Program-made: the position numbers and the translations under genes
NCBI GenBank assembly: GCA_963776245.1
Contig: CAVZLN010000003.1
Location: 1,152,001 to 1,216,000 of the forward strand
From: Candidatus Eiseniibacteriota bacterium
GTDB lineage: Bacteria; Eisenbacteria; RBG-16-71-46
Direction of reading: 5' to 3'
DNA length: 64,000 bases
The notes under the pieces: generated by a model
What the model was told of the DNA's origin: nothing
Database searches by the model: none
What the model saw: the letters and a program-made list of their open reading frames with translations, nothing else
Shown: positions 44,938 through 55,940 of the stretch, one piece after another
How positions within the stretch are numbered: the first letter of the stretch is position 1
How the letters are laid out: the number at the start of each line of letters is the position of its first letter

Positions 44938-45945
44938 TCAGGCGGTCTCCGCCGAGTCGCTCTCGGACCCGGCCGCGGGCTCCACCGGCCGCACCATCAC
45001 CTGGTTCTCGCGCTCGCACTGCGCCAGCCCGGCGGGCGACTTGCGCGGCTTGCGCACGTACTTCTTGAGCGTCCAGATCACCGGCACCTTGCCGGCGGTG
45101 CGGGCCTGCGAGAAGAACGCGGCCCACGACGCCACCTCGGCGATGGTCGCCTTGCTCGGCTCGTTCTTGCCCTTGCCGCGCCGCAGCACCACGTGGCTGC
45201 CGGGGCAGCCGTGGACGTGGAACCAGTAGTCCTCGGGTCGCGCCAGCGTGTGCGAGAGGTAGTCGTTGCCGTCGTTGTTGCGGCCGATCAGCACGTCCCA
45301 GCCCTCGCGCGTCCTGTAGCGCCGCGGCTGCAGGCGCGCGTTGGGCGCGCGCGCGGCGCCCCGCGACACGCTTTCGAGGCTGACGCGCGCCGGTGCCGGC
45401 CCCGCGGGGGCGCGGGCGATGCCGGCGCGCATCGCGGGCGGCAGCGCCGCGAGTGCCAGGTCCATCGCCTGCGCGACCGCGCCCTCGATCACCACCGCCT
45501 CGCCGATCGCCACCCGCGCCGCGGCCTCGCTGCGCGCGGTCTCGATGCGCTCGAGCAGCAGGCGCAGCGCGTGCAGCTCGGCCTCGAGCGCGGCGATGCG
45601 CGGCGGGATCTCCGCGAGTGCTCGCTCGCCCTTGGCGGCGCGCTTGAACAGGCGCGCCACGTTGCCCTGCGCGCTCAGGTTCGGATCGAGCGCGACCTCG
45701 AGCGTGCTCGACTGCTCGGCGGGGTCCGGCAGCGTGACGCTCGACGCGCGCGCCGGCACCTGCTTGAGGTAGGTGAGCAGCGCCTCGGCGTGGCGGCGAT
45801 GGAGCGGCGCGCGCTCGGCCTCGGCGAGGTCGCCGCGCACCGCCTCGAGCTTGCGCGCCAGCTTGTCGCGCTGCTTCTTGAGCGCGCGCAGGATCTCGGC
45901 CTGGCGCGCCGCGGCGACCTGCTCGGGAGTGGGCGTGGGTTGCAT
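44938..45945 (-). CDS. NFACT RNA-binding domain protein (FbpA/RqcH C-terminal half)
   Basis: LDP.LSAQ.N....FKRA.K, IGRN...ND.L, DYWFH...PGSHV, AA.FS, KYVRKP. Confidence 0.85.
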   Translation of the reverse strand: MQPTPTPEQVAAARQAEILRALKKQRDKLARKLEAVRGDLAEAERAPLHRRHAEALLTYLKQVPARASSVTLPDPAEQSSTLEVALDPNLSAQGNVARLFKRAAKGERALAEIPPRIAALEAELHALRLLLERIETARSEAAARVAIGEAVVIEGAVAQAMDLALAALPPAMRAGIARAPAGPAPARVSLESVSRGAARAPNARLQPRRYRTREGWDVLIGRNNDGNDYLSHTLARPEDYWFHVHGCPGSHVVLRRGKGKNEPSKATIAEVASWAAFFSQARTAGKVPVIWTLKKYVRKPRKSPAGLAQCERENQVMVRPVEPAAGSESDSAETA

Positions 45946-46011
45946 GGTGGGCGACCCTAGCGCGGTAGGGCGTGGGTGGGCAAAGGGGAGTGGGCGTGCG
46001 GCGCACGGCCG

Positions 46012-46040
46012 TTGACAGCTCGGACGGGCAGTCCTAAGTT
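46012..46040 (+). promoter_or_regulatory. sigma70-type promoter upstream of the NYN gene
   Basis: TTGACA-17bp-TAAGTT. Confidence 0.65.
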
Positions 46041-46046
46041 CGCCGC

Positions 46047-46116
46047 ATCCACACCAGTCGGGTCCGCGAGGACTCGCTGGCCCCCCCCGGGTTGCGACCC
46101 GGGGGATTCGTTTCTT
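46047..46116 (+). ncRNA. Putative structured leader/small RNA ending in a terminator-like hairpin
   Basis: Hairpin 46054-46080 (GCGA loop) and hairpin 46084-46105, followed by ATTCGTTTCTT. Confidence 0.45.
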
Positions 46117-46138
46117 CCCGCCCCCGCGCGGGACGAAC

Positions 46139-46777
46139 GTGAACCGAACGACGTTCCTCGTCGACGGATTCAATCTCTACCACTCCCTCAAGGAAGCGAC
46201 GCGCGATCTGGGTGGAGCCGGCACGCGCTGGCTGGACCTGCGATCACTGTGCTCGTCGTTCCTCTATCTGGTCGGAGGGAATGCGAGCCTGGCCAGCGTC
46301 CACTACTTCTCAGCCCTCGCGACTCACCTGGAGACGGTGAAGCCAGGCGTCACCGGGCGACATCTCGCGTACATCCGCTGCCTGCGGGAAAGGGGCATCG
46401 ACGTCGAACTCGGGGAGTTCAAAGAGCGACGTTCCATGTGTCCCCATTGCGGCCAACAGATCGTCCGACACGAGGAGAAGCAGACCGATGTGGCGATTGC
46501 CTGCCGTCTCCTCGAGCGGTTCGGGCGGGACCGCTGTGACGCAGTGGTGCTAGTCACGGGTGACAGTGACCTCGCTGCCGCCGTCCGAGAAGCCCGAAAG
46601 TGGTTTCCCGACCGGGATGTCCTGTGCGGGTTCCCCTATCGGCGCGAGAGCCACGAATTGAGGTCGATCGCCACCAGCACGTTTCGGATTCGCCGAGAGC
46701 GATACCTCCAGCACCAGTTGCCGGACCCGGTGAACCTCCCGGATGGGACCCTCGTGCATAGGCCGCGGGAATGGTGA
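46139..46777 (+). CDS. NYN domain (LabA/DUF88, PIN-like) ribonuclease
   Basis: FLVDGFNLYH, CPHC, EEKQTDVAIA, LVTGDSDL. Confidence 0.9.
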   Translation: MNRTTFLVDGFNLYHSLKEATRDLGGAGTRWLDLRSLCSSFLYLVGGNASLASVHYFSALATHLETVKPGVTGRHLAYIRCLRERGIDVELGEFKERRSMCPHCGQQIVRHEEKQTDVAIACRLLERFGRDRCDAVVLVTGDSDLAAAVREARKWFPDRDVLCGFPYRRESHELRSIATSTFRIRRERYLQHQLPDPVNLPDGTLVHRPREW

Positions 46778-46849
46778 GCCAGGTCCACTTGATAGCAAAG
46801 CCGTCCGCCGCCCTTGACGCGTCCGGGCCCGCGGTCGCACGCTCGGGAC

Positions 46850-47233
46850 GTGGCGAACCTCCAATGCCATCAGTGCGGCGCGCCGGTCGAGATCGCCGAG
46901 CCGCTGGCGCGCGACGCGGAGTGCCCGTCGTGCGCGCGCGACCTGCGCTGCTGCCTCAATTGCCGGCACCACGACCCGCGCCTCAACAACCAGTGCCGCG
47001 AGACCGAGGCCGACCTGGTCGAGGACCGCGACCGGCGCAACTTCTGCGAGTTCTTCTCCTTCAGCCGGGCGCCCCACGCGCCGGGCGGCGCCGCCAGCGC
47101 CCGGCGGGACGCCGCGCGGGCGAAGCTGGACGCGCTCTTCGGAGGCAAACCGGCGGGGTCCGGGCCCGCGGGCAACGCCCGCGACCGGCTCGATTCGCTG
47201 TTCAAGAAGCCGCCGCCCGGCGAGGACGAATAG
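46850..47233 (+). CDS. Small Cys-rich (zinc-finger-like) hypothetical protein
   Basis: CHQC, CPSC, CLNC, C..NFCEFF; C-terminal A...LD.LF repeats. Confidence 0.7.
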   Translation: MANLQCHQCGAPVEIAEPLARDAECPSCARDLRCCLNCRHHDPRLNNQCRETEADLVEDRDRRNFCEFFSFSRAPHAPGGAASARRDAARAKLDALFGGKPAGSGPAGNARDRLDSLFKKPPPGEDE

Positions 47234-47385
47234 CCTCCTCGGCTTCCCCGCTTCTCCACCGCCCGCGGTGGGCATCCGGTGGATTCGGGGCCGCGGGCCT
47301 CGGCGGACCCGCGCAACACCCGCGCGACCCGCACCGCGCCCGCGCCAATCGCGCTCGGAGTCGCGCTCCACGCGGGCCCGTCACG

Positions 47386-47414
47386 TTGACGCGGACGGCC
47401 GAAATCACTACCTT
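47386..47414 (+). promoter_or_regulatory. sigma70-type promoter of the yicC-gmk-rpoZ operon
   Basis: TTGACG-17bp-TACCTT. Confidence 0.5.
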
Positions 47415-47438
47415 CCGCCGTCCCACCGGAGGTCCTCG

Positions 47439-48318
47439 ATGATCCGAAGCATGACCGGGTTCGGTTCGGCCGACCTCGAGCAGAATGGCCAGCGGCTGAC
47501 CGCCGAGATCCGCTCGGTCAATCACCGGTTCTGCGAGGTCTCGGTCCGCGCCCCCAAACTGGTGCAACTGTTCGAGGACCGCATCCGCCAGTTGATCCAG
47601 GAGAAGTTCTCCCGCGGCAAGTTCAATCTCACCATCACCTGGTCGGGCTCCGGCGGGCGGCGGCGAGGTGCTCAAGCTCAACGAGGTCGCGGCCGACCGC
47701 TACGTGGCCGTGCTCACCCAGCTCAAGCAGCGCTACGGGCTCACCCAGCAGATCGACCTGCGCACGCTGGCGCTCATGCCCGACCTGTTCGAGTGGGAGC
47801 ACGCCGCGGTCTCCGACGACGAGACCTGGACGCTGGTCAAGCGGGTGGTGGACGCCAGTTGCGACAACATGAACGGCATGAAGGCGCGCGAGGGTGACGC
47901 GCTGGCGAAGGACCTGATCGAGCGCCTGCGACTGATCCGCGAGCAGCTCGACGTGGTCTCGGTGCGTGCGCCGTACCGCCCCCAGGAGGCCAAAGAGCGC
48001 CTCGAGGGGCGCCTCAAGCAGTTGCTCGGCGACGTCGAGATGGATCCGCTCCGCGTGGCGCAGGAGATCGCGCTCATGGTGGACCGGCTCGACTGCACCG
48101 AGGAGTGCGTGCGGCTCGCGGCGCACCTCGACCAGTTCCGGTCGCTCATCGAGGGGCAGGAGCTGGCCGGCCGCAAGCTCAACTTCCTGCTCCAGGAGAT
48201 GAACCGCGAGGCCAACACCATCGGCTCGAAATCGAACGACGTCGAGATCACCCGCGGCGTCATCATCATGAAGGAAGAGATCGAGCGCCTGCGCGAGCAG
48301 GTGCAGAACGTGGAGTAG
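47439..48318 (+). CDS. yicC: YicC/YloC family endoribonuclease (frameshift near 47660)
   Basis: MIRSMTGFG, RSVNHR, GRKLNFLLQEMNREANTIGSK, REQVQNVE. Confidence 0.93.
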
Positions 48319-48320
48319 CG

Positions 48321-48962
48321 TTGACGTCCGACACCGCACCCGGCACCGACCTGACGCGCACCCCGTTCCGCTTCGAGCGCGGCGGGTTCCTGCTGGTGCT
48401 CTCCGGGCCCTCGGGCGCGGGCAAGGGCACGCTGGTGGACCGACTGATCGCCGAGCGGCCGGAGTGCGCGTTCTCGGTCTCGGCGACGACGCGCCCGATC
48501 CGCCCGGGCGAGGTCAACGGCGTGCAGTACGAGTTCGTGGACCAGGCCGGCTTCCTGCGCCGCCGCGACGCCGGCGAGTTCCTGGAATGGGCCGAGGTGC
48601 ACGGCAATCTGTACGCCACACCGACGCGGTTCGTGGACGACGGCGTGAAGGCGGGCCGGGTGGTGGTGCTCGACGTGGACGTGCAGGGCGGTGCGAGCGT
48701 GCGCGTGGCGCGGCCCGACGCGGTCTCGGTGTTCATCTACCCGCCGAGCCTCGACGCGCTGCGGCAGCGGCTGCTCAAGCGCAGCACCGACCAGCCGGCG
48801 GTGATCGAGACCCGGCTGCGCAACGCGCCCGGCGAACTGGCGCAGTGGACCGAGTACCAGTACCTGGTCATGAACGACGACCTCGAGCGGGCCACGCAAC
48901 GCCTGCTCGCGATCGTCGATGCCGAGCGCGCGCGCGTGACGCGCCTGCGCGGAGCGTTCTGA
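48321..48962 (+). CDS. gmk: Guanylate kinase
   Basis: SGPSGAGKGT, SVSATTR..RPGE, EWAEVHGN.Y, LDVDVQG. Confidence 0.95.
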   Translation: MTSDTAPGTDLTRTPFRFERGGFLLVLSGPSGAGKGTLVDRLIAERPECAFSVSATTRPIRPGEVNGVQYEFVDQAGFLRRRDAGEFLEWAEVHGNLYATPTRFVDDGVKAGRVVVLDVDVQGGASVRVARPDAVSVFIYPPSLDALRQRLLKRSTDQPAVIETRLRNAPGELAQWTEYQYLVMNDDLERATQRLLAIVDAERARVTRLRGAF

Positions 48963-49038
48963 TCCCCAGCACCGCGTCCTGGCGCGGAGACCCGCAGGCC
49001 GAGCGACACCCCGACCCCACACCCCGAGGAGAACACCG

Positions 49039-49257
49039 ATGAAGCTGGCTTCCCTGGTTCCGCCGCCCGGCACCAACAAGTACGAGCTCGCCATCATCGC
49101 CGCGCGCGAGGCGCGCCGCCTCAACGAGGTCTCGCGCCAGACCGCCCAGACGCTCCCGGGCAAGGTCACCGCGGTCGCGCTGCGGCGTGCCATCGATGGC
49201 GACGCTCCGCACTTCTACGACGATCCCGACAACCCGATCGGCCAGAACATCCTCTGA
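49039..49257 (+). CDS. rpoZ: RNA polymerase omega subunit
   Basis: NKYELAIIAAREARRL, K....AL; position between gmk and coaBC. Confidence 0.8.
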   Translation: MKLASLVPPPGTNKYELAIIAAREARRLNEVSRQTAQTLPGKVTAVALRRAIDGDAPHFYDDPDNPIGQNIL

Positions 49258-49265
49258 GCGAAGCG

Positions 49266-50581
49266 ATGCTGCGCGGCCGGACCATCGTCGTCGGGGTCTC
49301 GGGCGGCATCGCCGCCTACAAGGCCTGTGAACTCGTGCGCTGGCTCAAGACGCGCGAGGCGACGGTCATCGTGGTCATGTCCCCGTCGGCGGTGGAGTTC
49401 GTCACCCCGCTCACGTTCCAGGCGCTGTCGGGCAATCCGGTGGTGACCGGCATGTGGGGCAACCAGCGCCCGAGCTTCGATCTCCCGTCCACCGCCGCGG
49501 GCAAGCGCAGCGGCCGCGTCGAGCACGTGGACGTGGCCGAGGTGGCGGACTGCGTGGTGGTGGCGCCCGCGACCGCCAACCTGCTCGCGCGCCTGGTCAC
49601 CGGCGAGGCCCCCGACGCGCTCGGCGCCACGCTGCTCGCGGCCCGCGCGCCGATCGTGGTGTGCCCGGCGATGGACGCGGAGATGTGGCGCAATCCGGCG
49701 ACCCAGGCGAACGTGCGCACGCTGGCCGCGCGCGGGTACACGGTGGTGCCGCCGGAGACCGGCTTCCTCGCCTCGGGGCTCACCGGGCCGGGGCGGCTGC
49801 CGGACACCGAGGTGATCGGCGCGGCGGTCGAGCGCGCGCTCGAGAAGCGCGCCAGCCTCGCGGGGATCAAGGTGCTGGTGAGCGCGGGGCGCACCGAAGA
49901 GGCGATCGACCCGGTGCGCGTGCTCACCAACCGCTCGAGCGGGCGCATGGGCGTGGCGCTGGCCGAGGCCGCGCTCGCGCGCGGCGCGACCGTGACGCTG
50001 GTGACGGGCCCGCTGGCGGTGGACGCGCCCCAGCGCGCCGACGTGGTGCGGGTCACCAGCGCCGCCGAGATGGCGCAGGCGCTGGGCGCGCGCGCCGGGC
50101 GCAGCGACGTGCTGCTGATGGCCGCCGCGGTCTCCGACTACCGCCCGGTCCGGGTCGCGCTCGAGAAGATCAAGCGCGGCGACGGCCCGCTCACGCTCAC
50201 GCTCGAGCCCAACCCCGACATCGTCGCCGCCCTCGCGGCGAAGCGGCGCCCGGGACAGGTGTTCGTGGGGTTCGCGCTCGAGACCTCGCGCGGCGTCGAG
50301 CGCGCGCGCGCCAAGCTGTCGGCCAAGGGGCTCGACCTGGTGGTGCTCAACTCGCCGGCCGACGGGATCGGCGGCGACACCAACGTGGTCACGCTGGTGG
50401 ACGCGCGCGGCGCGCAGCGGGTGCCGAAGGCCACCAAGCGCGAGGTCGCCGAGCACATCCTCGACCGCGTGCTGGAGCTGCGCTCGGCCCACCTGAACGA
50501 CCGCGCGCGTCCGGCGCGGCGGCGCGGCGCCCGAAGGCGCCGCCGAGGGCGCGGCGCGCGCCGGCGCGGAAGCCGCGATGA
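49266..50581 (+). CDS. coaBC: Bifunctional phosphopantothenoylcysteine decarboxylase/synthase (C-terminal indel; end approximate)
   Basis: SGGIAAYKA, APATAN, PAM, E.IDPVR.LTNRSSGRMG, AAAVSDY, VGFALET. Confidence 0.95.
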
Positions 50582-51604
50582 GCGGGCCGCGCGCGGAACT
50601 GGCGGTCCTCACGGGCCGCCTGCGCGAGTACCTCGAGCGCGAGCGGGCGGGCGGCGGCGGCGACCTGCTGGCGGCCGCCGCGATGGCGCGCCCCGCGCGC
50701 GCGTGGCGCGGGCGCGGCTGAGGAGGCGAGCGCGCCCGTGCGGCCGGCCACCGCGACCCGCGGCGACCGCACCCGCGCCCGAGCCCGAGCCCGCCGCGGC
50801 GCCCACCGTCGCGCTCGACGACGAGCGCGCGGAGATCGAGGAGGCGCTGGCGCGCGCCTCCGCGCCGCCGCCGGCGCCGCCGGTCACGCTGAGCATGTTC
50901 GGCGAGCCCGAGGCGCCGCCCGCGGCGCCCGCGGCGCGGCGCGCAGGCGGCGGCGCTGCCGCGGTTCGCGGCCCCGCTGTTCCCGATCGACCCCGAGCGA
51001 GCGCCGCGCCATCGCCGCGCAGGCGGATCCGGTGCTGGTCGCGCTCGCCGACGAGGTGAGGCACTGCACCCGTTGCGGCCTCGGCGCGCTGCGCACCAAC
51101 GCCGTGCCGGGGGTGGGCACCGCGCTCAGCGGCATCATGTTCGTGGGCGAGGGCCCGGGGGCGGACGAAGACCGCCTCGGCGAGCCGTTCGTCGGCCGCG
51201 CCGGCCAGCTCCTCGACAAGATCATCGCGGCGATGAACCAGGCCCGCCTGCTGCCGGGCCTCACGCTCGACCGCACCACGGTCTACATCGGCAACATCGT
51301 GAAGTGCCGCCCGCCCGAGAACCGCGTGCCGCTGCCGGTCGAGGTCGAGGCGTGCACGCCGTACCTCAAGCGCCAGATCGCGGCGCTGCGGCCGCGCATC
51401 ATCTGCTGTCTCGGCAAGACCGCCGCGGAGTTCCTGCTCGGCTCCAAGGGCTCGCTCGCCGGCATGCGCGGCCGCGTCTATCGCTACGAGGGCGCCAAGC
51501 TCATCGTGACCTACCATCCGGCCGCCTGCCTGCGGAACCCCGAGTACAAGCGGCCGGTGTGGGAAGACATGCAGATGCTCGCCCGCGAGTACCTCGCCGA
51601 CTGA
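50578..51604 (+). CDS. Uracil-DNA glycosylase family 4 with Pro/Ala-rich N-terminal linker (frameshifted)
   Basis: CTRC.L, FVGEGPG.DED..GEPFVGRAG, NIVKCRPP.NR, TYHPAA. Confidence 0.9.
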
Positions 51605-51653
51605 TCGCACCCGCCCTCGCGCGGCGCCGTCGCGCGCCGGGGAGACGCCTGCC

Positions 51654-54312
51654 ATGACCGACATCCTGCCGCACCCCTCCGGGATGGTGCCCGAGGGCCC
51701 CACGCCGCCGCAGGCGCTCGAGGCCGAGCGCTCGGTGCTGGCCGCGATGCTGCTCGACCACGAGGCGGTGGGCCGCGCGGTCGAGATGATCGACGGCAGC
51801 GTGTTCTACCGCGTCGCGCACCAGCGCATGTACGAGGCCATCGTCGCGCTCTACAACCGCAGCGAGAAGGCCGACCTGATCACGCTCTCCGAGGAGCTGC
51901 GCAAGCGCGGCGAACTCGAACTGGTGGGCGGGCTGGCGGCGCTCTCGCTGATCATGGAGTACGCGACCACCACCGCGAACGTCGAGCAGCACATCCGGCT
52001 GGTGCACTCCAAGGCGATCCTGCGCTCGCTCATCAAGGCCGCGAGCGAGATCCAGTCGGACTGCTACACCGCGGCGGAGGAGACGCCCAGCATCCTCGAC
52101 CGCGCCGAGCAGCGCATCTTCGAGATCACCGACCGCCGGGTGCGGGAGGGGTTCGTCTCGCTCAAGGACCTGCTCAAGCCCGCGTTCGAGCACATCCACG
52201 AACTGAGCGAGCGCAAGGCGCACGTCACCGGCGTGCCGTCCGGCTACGAGGACATCGACAAGCTGACCTCGGGCTTCCAGGCCAGCGACCTGGTGATCAT
52301 CGCGGGCCGGCCGGGCTTCGGGAAGACCAGCCTCGCGATGAACATGGCCGAGAACGCCGCGATCCGGTTCAAGATCCCGGTCGCCATCTTCTCGCTCGAG
52401 ATGAGCAAGGAGCAGCTGGTCATGCGCATGCTCTGCTCGCAGAGCGAGGTCGCGCTGCACAAGGTGCGCAACGGCTTCCTCGGGCAGGAGGACTGGCCGC
52501 GGCTGACCACCGGCGCCGGGCTGCTGCAGGCCGCGCCCATCATGATCGACGACTCGCCGGCGCTGAACACGCTCGAGATCCGCGCCAAGTGCCGCCGGCT
52601 GCGGGCCGAGAACAAGCTCGGCCTGGTGGTGATCGACTACCTCCAGCTGATGCGGGTCGCGGGCACCGCGGAGAACCGCGTGCAGGAGATCTCGCAGATC
52701 ACCCGCGGCCTCAAGGCGCTCGCCAAGGAGCTCAAGGTCCCGATCATCGCGCTCTCGCAGCTCTCGCGCGCCGTCGAGACCCGCGGCGGCGGCGGCCGCC
52801 CGCAGCTCTCGGATCTGCGTGAATCGGGCTGTCTGACCGCGGATACGCGCATCGTCCGCGCCGACACGGGCGCCGAGGTGTCGCTGGGCGAGTTACTGTT
52901 GCGGGGCGAGCGCGACATCCCCGTCTGGACGCTCGACGAGGATCGACGACTCGTGCGCGGCAGGATGACGCACGTGTTCGCGAGCGGCGTGAAGAAGGTC
53001 TACGAGATGCGCATGACGTCCGGACGCTGCGTGAAGGCCAGCGCGAATCATCCATTCCTGACGCTCGACGGCTGGCGGCGACTCGACGCGCTGAAGCCGG
53101 GCGACCGGCTGGCGGAGCCACGCGTGCTGCCGGAGCCGACTGCGCCGACGGAATGGCCTGAGGCCGAGATCGTGATGCTCGCGCATCTGATCGGCGACGG
53201 GTGTTTCGCATCCCACCAGCCTCTCCATTACACGAGCGCCGACCCCGAGAATCTGATCGCCGTCGAAGTAGCCGCAACGCACTTCGGAATCGTCCCGCGA
53301 CGAGTGCCGCAGGGGAACTGGTCGCACGTATACCTGCCCTCTCCGTACCCCTTGGCCCGCGGCCGGCACAATCCGATCAGCGGCTGGCTCGCGCGGTTCG
53401 GGCTCAATGGTCTGAGGAGCTGGGAGAAGTTCATCCCCCGTGAGGTCTTCGCACTCACGCACCCGCAGCTCGCATTGTTCTTGCGACACCTCTGGGCGAC
53501 CGATGGCTGCATCCACCTGGGCGCGAATCAGCAGCCGCACATCTACTACAGCACCACGAGCCGCCGGATGGCAGCGGATCTCCAGACCCTGCTACTCCGC
53601 TTCGGCATCACGGGTCGGCTCAAGGTCGTGCGGAAGGGGAGCTACCGGCCCGTATACCACCTTCACGTCTCCGGAAGGGACAGTCAGCTCCGATTCTTGG
53701 GCCACGTGGGTGCTCAGGGGTCCAAGGCCGAAGCCGCGGCGCGCGTGCGAGCCCGACTTGAAGCCTCGCGGTCCAATCCGAATGTCGACACGGTTCCCGT
53801 CGAAGTATGGGAAGACGTGAAGTCGGCGATGCGGGCGCGCGGATTCACCTCGCGAGGGTTCATGACCGCGCTCGGGACAGCCCATTGTGGGAGCACGTTC
53901 TACAAGCACGCCCCCAGCCGTCCGCGGTTGGGCGCGATTGCGACGTTGCTGGTGGATCCGGAGCTCAGCTTGCTGGCCGCCTCCGACGTCTTCTGGGACA
54001 CAATCGCCTCGATCGAGTTCGTCGGCGAAGAGCCGGTGTTCGATGCCACAGTGCCCGGCACGCACAACTTCATCGCCGACGGACTCATCGCTCATAACTC
54101 GATCGAGCAGGATGCGGATCTCGTGATGTTCGTGTACCGCGAGGAGAAGTACAAGCCCGACGACCCGAGCGCTCAAGGGCAAGGCGCAGATCATCATCGC
54201 CAAGCAGCGCAATGGCCCGACCGGCGACGTGGACATGACGTTCCTGCACGAGTTCACCAAGTTCGTGCCCTACAGCCCGATGATGCCGGGCGAGGCCGAT
54301 TCGGGGTTCTAG
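51654..54312 (+). CDS. dnaB: Replicative DNA helicase containing an intein (frameshift near 54172)
   Basis: PPQALEAE, GRPGFGKT, IDYLQL, LSQLSR, LSDLRESG|intein|SIEQDAD, then IIAKQRNGPTG in the shifted frame ending at TAG 54312. Confidence 0.97.
52830..54098 (+). mobile_element. DnaB intein (423 aa) with LAGLIDADG homing endonuclease
   Basis: N-terminal C(LTADT), block B SANHPFLT, LAHLIGDG and LRHLWATDG motifs, block F VFDATVPGTHNFIADG, C-terminal HN followed by Ser. Confidence 0.95.
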
Positions 54313-54324
54313 TGCCGCATTCCC

Positions 54325-55148
54325 TTGCCGTTCGGCTTCGACACCGACGACCTGATCACGGTGCGCGGGGCGCGCTACCTGTGGCGGCGCTTCCTCGCGT
54401 TCGTGGCCGAGGTCGGCCGCGTCGCCCTGCTGATGGGCGACATCGCGCGCTTCGCGGCGCCGGGGCTGCGCTCGTTCCGGCTGGTGGTGGCGCAGATGCA
54501 CGCCATCGGCGTGGGCTCGCTGGGGCTGGTGCTGGTGGTGAGCCTGTTCACCGGCGCGGTGGCGGCGGTGCAGGCGGCGTACCAGTTCTCGACCGTGGTG
54601 CCGCTCAAGTACATCGGCTCGGTGATCCTGCGTTCGGTCACCATCGAGCTGGGGCCGGTGCTGACCGGGCTGGTGGTCGGCGGGCGGGTGGGCGCGGCGA
54701 TGGCGGCCGAGCTCGGCACCATGAAGGTCACCGAGCAGCTCGACGCGCTTGCGCGCGATGGCGATCCACCCGGTGCGCTATCCTGGTGGTGCCGCGCGTG
54801 GTGGCGGCGGTGGTGATGCTGCCGGTCATCACGGTGTTCGCGGACGTCATCGCGGTGTTCGGCGGATACGTGGTGTCGGTCACCTCGGTGGGGGTGAGCA
54901 GCCACACCTACGTGATCGGGCTCAAGCAGTTCTTCTACATCAAGGACATCTGGTCGGGGCTCATCAAGGCGTTCTTCTTCGGCGCCATCATCAGCACCAT
55001 GGGCTGCTACTACGGCTTCGCCACCGAGGGCGGGGCCGAGGGCGTGGGGGTGGCGACGATGCGCGCGGTGGTGGCGTCGTGCGTGCTCATCCTGATCACC
55101 GACTACGTGCTGGCGAACGTGCTGTTCCGGCTGATGTTCGCGTCATGA
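54325..55148 (+). CDS. mlaE: MlaE family lipid ABC transporter permease (frameshifts near 54750-54780)
   Basis: ELGPVLT.LVV.GRVGA.MAAELGTMKVTEQLDA, GGAEGVG.AT..AVV. Confidence 0.92.
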
Positions 55149-55892
55149 TCGCGATCCGCGGGCTCACCAAGCGGCTCGGCCGCAAGCAGGTGCTCGACGG
55201 CTCGACCTCGACGTGCGCAAGGGCGAGACGCTGGTGGTGCTGGGGCCGTCGGGCACCGGCAAGAGCGTGCTGCTCAAGCACGTCATCGGGCTGATGACCC
55301 CGGACGCCGGCTCGATCGAGGTGGACGGACGCGAGATGGTCGGGCTCGACGAGCGCGGGCTCGACGAGGTCCGCAAGGGCTTCGGCATGCTGTTCCAGGG
55401 CGCGGCGCTGTTCGACTCGATGACGGTGGGCGAGAACGTGGGGCTGGCGCTGCGCGAGCACGCGCGGCTCGACGACGCCGAGGTGCGGCGCCGGGTGGGC
55501 GAGCGGCTGGAGTGGGTGGGCATGAAGGGCGCGGAGGACATGCGGACCGCCGTCGCTGTCGGGCGGCATGCGCAAGCGGGTGGGGCTGGCGCGCGCGATC
55601 GCGATGGATCCCGCGTACATCCTCTACGACGAGCCGACGACCGGGCTCGACCCGATCATGTCGGACGTCATCAACCAGCTGATCCGCGCGATTGCAGCAG
55701 CGGCTGGGCGTGACCTCGATGGTGGTCACGCACGACATGCGCAGCGCCTATCATGTGGGCGACCGCCTGGCGATGCTCTACCAGGGACACCTGGTGTTCG
55801 TGGGCACGCCCGAGGAGATGCGCGCGAGCGGCGATCCGATGGTGCGGCAGTTCATCGCGGGCTCGAGCGCGGGCCCGATCCAGGCGGCATGA
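55145..55892 (+). CDS. mlaF: MlaF family ABC ATP-binding protein (frameshifted)
   Basis: [45 protein letters not shown]. Confidence 0.9.
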
Positions 55893-55940
55893 GCGGACCG
55901 CGGCGGCGCGCGGGCGCCGCGCGCGAGGACGGAGAGTGGC

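Noticed and set aside
38846..46777. Integron cassette array or prophage/IS explaining the accessory genes
   Set aside because: No attC-like RYYYAAC/GTTRRRY repeats, integrase, transposase or terminal repeats recognised; gene orientations are mixed.
51654..55148. Apparent 1164-aa DnaB-intein-MlaE fusion ORF
   Set aside because: Created by indels near 54172 and 54750-54780; the proper DnaB C-terminus and stop (54312) lie in another frame.
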